Assembly (NCBI RefSeq): GCF_000143415.4
Contig: NW_003314262.1
Location: forward strand, 344,610 to 408,609
Length of the DNA stretch: 64,000 bases
Direction: 5' to 3'
From: Selaginella moellendorffii
Lineage: Eukaryota; Plantae; Lycopodiophyta
Shown: positions 24,131 to 34,996 of the stretch, in pieces
How positions within the stretch are numbered: position 1 is the stretch's first letter
Layout of the letters: each line of letters starts with the position of its first letter
The notes under the pieces: model-generated
The model's input: the letters and a program-made list of their open reading frames with translations, nothing else
The model's database searches: none
What the model was told of the DNA's origin: nothing
Position numbers and translations under genes: made by a program

Positions 24131-25215
24131 GCGGTATGGCAGCGGCGGTGCTGGGGAGTGGCGGCACGGCAGCGGCGGCATGGCAGTGGCGGTGCTGGGC
24201 AGGCAGCACTGCGCTAAGCGTGGCATGGCAGAGGGCGGCGCTCGGCAGCCCTGGGCAGTGGCGGTGCTGAGCATGGCGTGGTGTGCGCGCAGTAGTGCTG
24301 GGCGTGGTGGCGCTGGGCATGGTGTGGGCGCCGCGGCGGCGCTGGGCGAGGAGGAGAGGGAGTGGAGGAGAGGGACTGGAGGAGGAGAAAAAACTTACTC
24401 TTGGCGGCATTCTGTTCCCGCAGTCGCTCCCAATCTCCCGCGATACTTTCTGTAAAACCCTAACGCCGGCAGCTGCCCTAACCCTAACCTAGCTTTCATC
24501 ACAGCCGTTCATCATGGATGCAGTAAATCTTCATTGTACAATAAATAATAAATCTAGCACTGTACAATTTCTATTCCACCCTAGATTTGATCACGTGACA
24601 AAGTCCTTTTGAATTGTAATTTAATAATGGAGGTGTGCTCTAATATGACTATGTCATAATGTGAAATAATGTCACAGACGCATGTGTTGAATTGATCACA
24701 GTACGAAATTGTTAAAAAATATAAGATTATTAAATCGTAGGGTGTTATTTCCAAAGCAATATATATAGATAATTTACTATAGGTGATAGATGGTAGTACA
24801 AAGATGGAATATATTTAAATGAGTTCAGAAGAATGTGATGATTTCTAGCTTTAATGAAGTACTGAAAATATGTACAATATTTAATTTATTTGGCAACGAT
24901 TGGTTGATGGTAGATCCTAGAATAAAATCATTCCTATCTTCATATTATGGCACATGCTTGACGTGATATTTCTTTCCATTCTACCAAAAGTTAGTGCATA
25001 TAATAAATTTGAGTATGTTTTTGAATTCAATGTATATAGACTTTTAATATTGTACAACATAGTCCTATATACTTCATACAGAATTTATTATAACAACATT
25101 ATTCGATGTTAGATCCTAGAATAAAATCGCCCTATCTTTTCACATAATGGCATAGCACATATGAGGTGACATTTCGTTATAAAAGTTCAGAGTTCCAAAA
25201 CCTAAAGGCAACAAA

Positions 25216-28200
25216 ATGGAAGGCTTCCTTTTGCATTACCAAGATCACCCACCGCTTTCTATCTCCCAGAGTCTTATTTCAGAAAGTTTTCTTTGCCGAC
25301 GTTTCGATCTTTCTCTCGGTTCTATTTCATTGGAAGCTGTGATTCATAACAACATTGGTGTAGTTGAATGATCGGAGTTTCTTCTTTCGGGTGTAGGTGA
25401 AGGTGGACAACATTGGGATTTGCAACATTCCAAGTCGAAAGAGATTCGAGTTTTTGGATCTCCAATCAAAGTGGGAGGCTGTGATCCTGCTAAAGTGAAT
25501 GTGAAGTAAGAGTCGCTCGTCATCATTTCTTCCTCTTCTAATTCTAGTGGAGATGTTAGTCCAGTGCGAGCCAAGAATTTCCAAACTCCAACTTCACTAA
25601 TATTCCAAGCTGTTTGCAAAGCTTTCCAGTTTTCCCGCCTCTCTATCAATGTTCGTTCCTTTCTGCATAGGCCTGTTAGCGAGCTCCCATCTACATACAA
25701 TGGCAATATCTTCTTTGAACTACCACCTCTTGTCAGCTCAAAACGAAAGGGGATGGAGACGAAGCAGGATGTCCACAACTGGTGCAAGATCAAGACCACA
25801 CATTTCCAGCATTTTGAAGGCACAGTGTCCATAGTTCATTGTGGTGGGTATTTGGATTGTGTGAATAAAGCATGCAATCAAGAGCGCGGTAAAAACTCCA
25901 TATTTTTTGAAGGATCTGCAACCAATCCTCCCCTCTGTGACACCATTGGTGTTGGATTCAAGTGTTGGTTTTGCAAGAATGCTCCATTGTGTCGTGCCAT
26001 CTGCGGGGCCAAGATGTACTATTTTCTTCCACGGGATGGAGAGGTTGGTAGAGCTGCAGTACATATTGGCACGCACACACATCTAATGCAGGAAGGGATA
26101 CAAAGGAGTTCAGTCAACCATTTCAAAGATGCAGTGCAGATAGAGACTATGAGAAACTCATTTGCAACTCCGAAGCATGTTTAGAAGACAGTGCTCAAGG
26201 ATTTTATCACAAATACTTTACTTGATCTGGACTACATGAATACTCAACTGGATGAGGCTAGCTTGTGGGAGTTACTACAACATGTGCAACCTGCAACTAG
26301 CCTCAGGAGGTATGAAAATATTATTACATACTTTTCAATAATATCTCTCTTACATTTTGTTTTATTTAGGATAAAGTCTTGGATGTGTGAATCTCGAGAG
26401 GGGAAACTCCAATCAAAAATTGACTCAATCCTTGAACTAAAACGGACTTGTCCCTATGAGTTTATCCATGGGAGTTTATTTCCAGATCAAGTCGTTAGTG
26501 AGCAAGAGCGCCCCTTCGTTTTCAAAATGTCTACCATGGGCCCTGCCTCTGGTGTGGATCTTGTTTCCCAAATGGATATGTCTGGGTCGAGTGACCTTGC
26601 TAATGCATGGGTACATTTTGACCATATGGAGCGGGTGGTAGGTTGGACAACCATGGGAGCTCATGTGTATGATCTGAGGTAGTTTTTTTTCTCATTATCT
26701 TAAAATGGTTTTAAACATTACACTTTTCACAGGCTACGTTGTAACTTGACAATTGCAATGGCAGAGTTTAAAGTACAAGACCAGATGGCTCAAGAAATAT
26801 TTTGGAAGTCCCTCTCCGACATTGTATTGAAGCGGACTGGTAAGCCTGCCAACTTTCGCGGTTTCATGGCAGATGGGGCTAGGGCTAATTGGAATGGTGT
26901 CTGGGCAGTCTTTGGGAATGGTCTACCCCTAGAAGGTTGTGACAGGACTTGTGAGTTCCATTGGGCTCAAAGCCTAAACCAACATTGCCACCTTATCAAG
27001 CCAGATTTCCAATTAGCATTTAAGGAGTTGTGCAAACAATGGCAGGCTGCACCTTCTGAAGAAGAGCATGAGGCAAAAGCAAACGAGATCCGAATGTTGT
27101 GGCGTGAAGATGGCCATACTGACGTAAGTTGTCTACCACAACTTGAGTCGTGGTTGGGGTGGTGGGAAGTTAGAATGTTCCAATGGGGACATCACTCTTT
27201 TCAAGTTGGTTTTTCTTTTTTTCCCTCTCTTTTTATTGCTTTTTAATATCATCTTTTTATAAGGATCAACCACTTGAGGATCTTGCATACACCCCAATTG
27301 TGAATCTCTCAGAGAGTAAACATTGGAGCTAGCATTCCTCTGAGGCAGGGAAAGGGAAGATGAGTCTATATGAAGCATGTCTATCAGATTTGATATGCGC
27401 TGTAGAGTAGTCTTCAAAAGCCTTGGTATTTGAGGAAGGAAGATACATGGGAACAGGACCTTCGGTTGAGATGTTACATGATCAGATGAAGAAGAAAGTG
27501 ACACCACCAGCACAAACAATGGCAACTGCAGTGGAGGAAGTGGTCCGCAGCACATCTATGGAGTACACTCCTCAGGCTTTTATTGGTGATATGAATACTG
27601 TCTGCTCAAAGCATCGATTTTCCTTTGCTGGTGAAGATGTTAGCACGGATCTTGGAGCAAAAAGCTCTCACAAGCCTGATATTGAGTATCATTTTGCTCC
27701 AAGACATCACCTTAGAACCAAACCACCTCAAGTGGCTGATGAAGAAAGTGCATCACAGCAGGTTGAAATTGCTTATCGTAGTGTGGAGCCGAAGCAATGG
27801 GCAATCCGTCAAGTGCCAGCAAAATCAAATGTAAGGTGTGTGGGGATGCTTCCAAGGGGCAAGTGTTGGGCTTGGATCCGTGGTGATAAGTCTGCTTCTA
27901 TTCCAGCCCCATGTTTCCATGGGGAACGAAAGCAAGCAGGATTTTCAAGATGGTGCTGGTTATATTGCTGCAACTCTAATGTCAACCATACAAAGCAGCT
28001 TGAAGACACTATAGTGACTAAACCTGATGCAGTACCTAAAGAATGGCTGGTTGCTAATGGGGTTGCACTCACCTCGGATGAGATTGAAAACCTTGAGAAA
28101 TCTGGTTTCAATCTTGAGAGGAGAGTTGGAGATACGAGTGACAGAACCAAGACTATTCCTACAGAGATGCACAGGAGGCCAGCACGAAAAGGTAAGGCAG

Positions 28201-28540
28201 TTAAATTTATTGGTATCGTCTCCAAGCAGAAGCAAGGTAAAATAAACTTGGCTCAAACACTTGAGTGTGAGATTCTCTCCACAAAGTACATCACTGCGCT
28301 CGCAAAGGAGTACACAGTCAAAACAGAAGGTGGAGAGTACACAATTGCCATTCAAGACTTTCCTTCTTGCACATGTCCAGACTTTACGAAGCGCGAGGAA
28401 CATGGGAAGGCATATGCTCCTTGCAAGCATATGTACTACATCTTCATCAACATCTTGCACTAGGATCCTAAAGTGGATATTCATATACACCAAGCAAGCC
28501 TTACTATTGCCGAGTTGCAAAAAACTTTTGGAGCTAATTA
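25216..28540 (+). pseudogene. MULE-like DDE transposase with GCM/WRKY-like N-terminal zinc domain and C-terminal SWIM finger
   Basis: CGGYLDC..C...CWFC...C.AK...HIGTHTH; WVHFD; GFMADGARANW...CEFHW (CxxH); CTCPDF...CKH (SWIM). Short introns at ~26310-26369 and ~26680-26732; several stops. Confidence 0.75.
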
Positions 28541-29124
28541 GATTTTCCAGCACTATCGATGTTTATTCTTTATCAATAATATAAACTAATTATACCTTAT
28601 ATAATTAATAATTTTTTATTATTATTTCACTTTTCATTTCATATACTTGTGAGGTTCTTTTCACAATACTACCCATAGTATTTGTGAGTCTCCATTTTTG
28701 TCTTTACCTTCTCAAAAAATATTTCGTGATAGTCTTTCGGGTGTATGATGTTACAATGTATTGTGAGAGCATATATACCATCACAGTTGTTTTTTTTTCC
28801 TTTCAAATGGTTATATGGCCTTATATAGAATCTTAATTCAAATTTAATAATTTAAAAATTCTGATGAACCTGACATTTACTAGCTAAAAAGCACAGAGTA
28901 CAAATTTAAAGAAGTGACAAGAATACTCTTTTTGCAAATATTTTATTTTATATTTTAACAAACATCTCTATTATTGCATGTAGTAAATATTTAAATTATT
29001 AGAACAAGAAGTGTCCTTTAGAACATTTTTATCTATATAATATATAGAGAGTTATGAAATTATTAAATTTGCCATAACTTTAAAATTTTAAAGTTTATAA
29101 TGTTTGTACTAAATTACAATTGAA

Positions 29125-29186
29125 AATTGAGCTCAACTCGTGAGCTCAACTCTTCAGCTCGTGAGCTCAAGTATGGTCCACACTCC
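29125..29186 (-). repeat. Right TIR of outer element
   Basis: Reverse complement of the left end; GAGCTC-containing repeats. Confidence 0.85.
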
Positions 29187-30891
29187 TTCTAGACAGATTT
29201 TTAAGAGGAGTACTATATCGAAGTGGTTCTCAACTGGAAAGAGGACATGTTCGACAACTAAAGTGGAGCTCGACTTGTTGGAAGTGAAGCTGAAGTTTGG
29301 TGGAGAGTCTTGCAAAGAGACTTTGAGGTTGCAATCTAGCATCAAGTTGATACAATGGATCCCAAATACAACTATGTGGCATATGGACAATATATTGTAC
29401 AAACAAAAAATGAAAGCACATTATGGAATAGAAAATGAAAGTGCATAGTACTTTAATCAGCCTTGAATGCAATAACCCTTGGCGAGCTTTGATCGACACT
29501 AGTGAAGAATACAAAGTGGCTTGTTGGTGGCTTCTTTTTCTCTAAAAGTTTGATTGCACCAAACATTCGAGCAGAAGTGAACATTTAATGAACATCCTTA
29601 GAAACTGGCTAGGAGTGAGACCATATGCCTAGTTTATATAAGTGTCCTCCATGCAAACATCTTGGGGGTGGCAGTTTGGAAAAATGTTCATTTGTTCTTG
29701 CAATGGTGGCACCAACTAATATCTCATGTTTGTTTTTCGATTCTAAGCTTTTTGCAAACATGGTAATTGCAACAAATAGAAATTGCTCAAGGGTTTTCAA
29801 GGATGAAGTGGCCATGCACCTATTAACAAAACATGCATTATGAGCCACTAAAAATGATTATGAAAGACATACCTTGAAGTTCTTTCCATATATAAATAAG
29901 ACAAAATGTAATTGCTTCTGTATATGGTCCCAAGGCATATTGTTAGGAATTTCTAAGACAATAGTGGAGGGTGTAATGTTGAACACATTTTTATCCTTAG
30001 TTAGAGACTATAGAAAATATGATTTAGCATCTCCCCTAGCAAACCATGGCCATTTGAGCTCATGATAGACATCCATATTGACTTGCTTTTGAAGTTCATA
30101 AAAAAAATTTAGTCAGTATTATAAATACCTTATAGGTGTTTTCAGCTTCAGATCATCAGCAATGAACATGATGTTTGTAGTGTTAGGCATTTGATCCACA
30201 CCAATGATTGCCACAACAACTGTTACAAAAGTATAAGTAGAAGCATCATTTGCAAACTAACTCAGTGGAACAATATCTGATGGCCTGACAAAGTCAAAGC
30301 ACCAAAGGAGCCTTCTTTGGCCATGCTCCAACATGTGTGGCCATAGAAATATTGGCTGAGAGATGATAAAGCTGTAAATGATATTTCAGATTCTTAGCTC
30401 TAACCTTGTAGTGTTGAATACATAGGCAATTAAATAGCTTGAAAGGTGGTTATATTTATCAACATCGTTGGCTACCATTGAAGTTGTCACAAGGTGTATG
30501 CTATAGCTGTCAGTGAAATCAATATTAAGGAACCTTGATGTTGATGGCATACTTGTTGAGTGGACTTCATGTTGGAAATCATAATTACCATATTGAGAAT
30601 ATACATATGTAAGAAGTCGCTCACCACCCGAATGAAATACTTATGAAATAATTGCTAAGTATTTTGTTTGTATATATTTATAAACTATGATTTACAAAAC
30701 CATAACTATAAAAAAAAATTAAACTTGTAGTAATATTCAATAAATTGATAAAAGACATTATAAATATATAAGTATTTTAATTGATTAAAAAACCTAGTTT
30801 TATTAAAATTATCCACTTTACAACTGTTTGTAAAAGCATTTGAATTTATAATAAATCCTTTCTTAACAAATCAATTTTTCCTTTGGTATAA

Positions 30892-31827
30892 TTATTGACA
30901 ATTATTATTAAAAGAATTTAATGCCCACCAAACTTTATTTGGATATTTTGCTTCATAAGATACTAAATTACAATCATTTTGTAAAGTAAGAGATGTTAAT
31001 TTTAAACAATTTGAACAATATTTCTTATTAGACCATACTATTTTTCTATATTTATTATATAAAACAATATGACCATTTGTTTTAACTTTCATTACACATA
31101 AATCATAATATTCATCAATATTTTCTGATCTCCATATTAATATAGTTCTAGAATATAGAGCAATTTTGCAATTACTCTCAACTAATAATATATTTTTTTG
31201 ATTTGGAGAAATTATAAATTGACCTGTATAAAGGCTATCATGTTTTGATCCAGCATTTAAAGTTGTTAATGTAATATCACAATTCTCATTAAAATTATAA
31301 TGAATATTTAGTTTATGAAATAAAGATTGGCCATAGTATTTTCTTTGTTGTGACTTAAACCCAGGTAACCAAGATAAAACACTATAACCAATTTGATATT
31401 TTCTTGATGTAAAAGTGCATTCATCAGAACATGCTTGAAGCATATCATGTCTGAATGAATCAAATAAATATTCAAATCCATATCTTAATGTTCTAGGTTG
31501 AACTTTAGCTTTTGATGTTTGTCCTGTTGAACATGTAGGAGGATTACCATCCATACGCTTAAATTGTACAATTATTATTGCTCTACCAATATCAACTTCT
31601 ATTATATTTTCATAATTTGCATTATATCCTTCATGATATTTTGATAAATTTATACTAGTTATAAGCTCTTCAAATCCATTACTAATAATCATTCCTATTT
31701 CATGTTGGTTTAATGTATTATTTATTCCCCATTCACTTTTTGAATTTTTTGGTGAATGCATTATATGCATATAAATCTTTAAGAAATTTAGAAGTATAAA
31801 TAGATTAAATAAAATAATTTTATGCAT
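30892..31827 (-). CDS. Putative secreted protein with C-terminal bulb-type (B-) lectin domain
   Basis: 311-aa open frame in very AT-rich DNA; hydrophobic N-terminus; SLYTGQFI...LTLQNDCNLV...VWW lectin repeats. Confidence 0.7.
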   Translation of the reverse strand: MHKIILFNLFILLNFLKIYMHIMHSPKNSKSEWGINNTLNQHEIGMIISNGFEELITSINLSKYHEGYNANYENIIEVDIGRAIIIVQFKRMDGNPPTCSTGQTSKAKVQPRTLRYGFEYLFDSFRHDMLQACSDECTFTSRKYQIGYSVLSWLPGFKSQQRKYYGQSLFHKLNIHYNFNENCDITLTTLNAGSKHDSLYTGQFIISPNQKNILLVESNCKIALYSRTILIWRSENIDEYYDLCVMKVKTNGHIVLYNKYRKIVWSNKKYCSNCLKLTSLTLQNDCNLVSYEAKYPNKVWWALNSFNNNCQ

Positions 31828-32209
31828 AATTTCCTATGATATTAAAAACTAGTAGATCCTGGATTAGGATCTTTTAAAGTGTCATTTAATAAAACTTATA
31901 ATATTATTTTTATATTTGCTATTGACAAATGTCAATTTATCACCTCTAAAATATTAATATCTAATTTACCACTATTCTTAGAGTTTATTTAAATTAAAAC
32001 TTATACTGTTGTTATGTTTATATAGTTAAATAATTGTTCTAACTTCTAAATGTGGCAATCCAAATTACCTCTTTCAAAAAATTAAAAGAAGAATTTTTTC
32101 TTGTATATTTTACTTCTTAATACATATGAATATATAGGTTTTTTAAAAAAAATTTAAATTTTAATTAAAACATTATTTAATAAATTAAATAGTTATTTTA
32201 TTTGTTTTG

Positions 32210-32395
32210 ATATGTATATATATATGTATGTATATATGTATGTATATATATATATATATACATATATATACATACATACATATATATATATACATATAAA
32301 AACAAATAATTATAAAAATAAATACATATATATATGTATTTATATATATATATATATGTATGTATGTATGTATGTGTATATATATATATATACAT
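32210..32395. repeat. (TA)n/(TATG)n microsatellite followed by CCCTAAA repeats
   Basis: Direct inspection. Confidence 0.95.
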
Positions 32396-32499
32396 AAACC
32401 CTAAACCCTAAACAATGCCTTACCTTGTAAATTCTTAGCAAGATTTGTGCGCTAAATGGTAAATCGCCACAAATTTGCAGTGCAATTAAGACTCGGTAT

Positions 32500-32616
32500 T
32501 GTTGCGCATGTGATTATGGGATTTGATTTGGATGTACTGTCACCGTGGATTCTTGGAACTTTAAGGGATAAATGGGGATAAAATAGCCACTAAAGGCTCT
32601 CTCATCAAGCAATTGC
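32500..32616. repeat. Inverted copy of 5737-5852
   Basis: Reverse-complement match. Confidence 0.85.
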
Positions 32617-32679
32617 AAGCAATTACAAGACTGTGATCATGCATAAACTCCTTCATGCTTAGCCCTATGGGCCACCCCT

Positions 32680-33357
32680 TTCTATATTTTATACACTCAC
32701 ATTGATTAAGATGGGGGGCATCTTTTGATTGTCCCTAAGGAGTGCTTGGATTTAGTATTTTTTGTTTAAATCAAGTAGGATTTTAGTAATTGTTAGTATA
32801 CGACATCATAGTTGTATACTTGGACCTCACACACACACACACAAACACACAGATATATTAGTATAGTAGGATTTGAGTAGTTGTTAGATTGGTTTCAATC
32901 TAGACCATTTGCTCTTATATCTAAACTAAGGTTTTTGGGTTAATTAATATGCACATTTATTTGTATTCTCTTTTTATATTTTATACACTCACATTGATGA
33001 AGATGGGGGGCACCTTTTGATTGTCCCTAAGGAGTGCTTGGATTTAGGATTTTTTGTTTAAATCAAGTAGGATTTTAGTAGTTGTTAGTATACGACATCA
33101 TAGTTGTACACTTGGACCTCACACACACACACACAAACACACAGATATATTAGCATAGTAGGATTTGAGTAGTTGTTAGATTAGTTTTAATCTAGACCAC
33201 TCACTCTTATATATAAACTAGGGTTTTTGGGTTAATTAATATACACATTTTTTGTATTCTCTTTCTATATTTTATACACTCACATTGATGAAGATGGGGG
33301 GCACCTTTTGATTGTTCCTAAGGAGTGCTTGGATTTAGGATTTTTTGTTTAAATTAA
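32680..33357 (+). repeat. ~292-bp tandem repeat (2.3 units) related to the LTR-like segment at 62727-62864
   Basis: Shared atattagcatagt...gggtttttgggttaattaatat.caca. Confidence 0.8.
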
Positions 33358-34996
33358 GCTTTTGCATTCTCTAGATTTTCCTTTCCTTCTAGCTTTTTCC
33401 ATTTCTTTTTCTTTTGCTCTTTCTTTTTCATTCATCTTTCATGGCAAAACAGTAATCTCCTCCTCCTTTGACTCTAAAGCAACAATTAATGCAATTGTTC
33501 GATGCTATATGATTGCAATTGAGCAACCAAACTCAGTTGATGGCAGTATTTACGATACGTGGTACAGCTCCTCCTAGTCTTGTTACTAATCTTCGCATTC
33601 GGTTGAAGTTCTTCCATGGGAATCTTGGGGATGATGTGTACCATTGGTTCAGTCACTTCACAGTGATTGCTATATATCATTCTTGGGATGATGCTCAGCG
33701 TTTGCATGAATTTCCCATGTGTCTCTAAGGGATAGCGCTGCAGTGGTACAATGGTTTGAGCACAGCCACTTGTGAGGATTGGAGTATTCTCCCAAACGCC
33801 TTCAAACACGCCTTTGGACATGCTGACAAATTGTGATGATGCCTTCTAACAATTGCATCGTTTTTGTCAATGGCCATCTGAGTTAGTGATGCAGTTTGGC
33901 ATTCATTTGTGAAGTCTCTTGCTTCGTGTAGAGCCAAATATGTCAGAGCAGATCAAGTTGGGAATGTTGTGGCTAGCACTTCATCAAGATGTTATAAAAT
34001 TTGTGTATACACTTACTCCAACCACCTTGATGATGCCCTTCACCTAGCACAACATTATGAGATATTGCCTCTTCCACTTCTCACTACATGTCCTTCAGCT
34101 CCACTTCCTGTAGGAGATGGTCTTGTTCCAATTGAAGTTGATGCTATTGCTGCCCGAGTTCAAGAATAAGGGTGGGGACATGGTCATGGCCGTGATGTCC
34201 GTTGCTAGGCATATGATGAAGTTGGCCACACTTATTGATGTTGTCAGTGTTTTTTGGATTGGCAACCTTTATTTCCTAAGTGGACACCTTGGTGTCAACA
34301 ATGTCATGTTGGTGCTTCTGTAGTGGAAGGTTTGGACACTGAGATGCATCTGGAAAATGAGAAGTCATGTGAGTAGTGAAGGGACCTTGTGCAAATAAGT
34401 TAGTGACTCTTCCCTTTTGTTTTTGGGAGTATCATCAAGGGGTTCACTTGGCACCAGTTCATATAGTATTTACCTTCCAAGCTCATTTTTATAACAAAGG
34501 GTCTCTTATTATTTTCTCTATGTTGGTTGATATCAATTTGAGTTTATCTTCTGTTGCTCGACTTGTTGCCACATGTCGCTATCTACATTTGCATCGTGTA
34601 GCAAAGCCATTTCCATTCTTTATGGCAATGGCCATATGCGTGGGATGAAGCGGACCTGGTTATGCATATAGGCAATCTTAAGCTTGAGTTGCAGTCATTA
34701 TAGGTGGTGCCAAGTCAAGTTTTTGACCTCATCCTTGGTAACTTTTATCTCCCCCTTACTTCCTCCTAAGTTTATGTCATGTTCCTCTTTTCCTTTTCTG
34801 ATCCCTCCGACAGTCTTTGTGTTGCAATGGTTGACTAACTCATGAAGGAGTATGCCAATTTCTTTGAATTTTTGGGTAAGGTGTAGTATCTCGGTCATTT
34901 TTTTAATCATCTTTTTAATTGCACTACACCATTGCGAGCATTACTAAAGTCATCAATGTCATCTTTCATCTGGTCTGTAGATTGTAAGTTGGTGTT

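Larger units (their letters stand above)
5865..29186 (+). mobile_element. Outer cargo-carrying DNA transposon (MULE-like/SWIM transposase), ~11.8 kb without the nested insert
   Basis: Imperfect TIRs GGAG...TGG(T/A)CCA...GAGTTGAGCTCACGAGTTGAGCTCAATT at both ends; direct repeat TTCT at 5861-5864 and 29187-29190 (or CTTCT with a 1-nt shift); transposase at 25216-28540. Confidence 0.8.

Noticed and set aside
23717-24455. ORFs spanning the N run
   Set aside because: Artefacts of the assembly gap
5865-29186. Single giant Sola element or endogenous virus
   Set aside because: Separate inner TIRs/TSD explain the Sola gene; no capsid, polymerase or packaging ATPase seen
29190-30620. Possible decayed hAT or other coding remnant
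   Set aside because: Looks coding-like on the minus strand, but no diagnostic motif recognised
32198-32397. YI-rich ORFs
   Set aside because: Microsatellite translation
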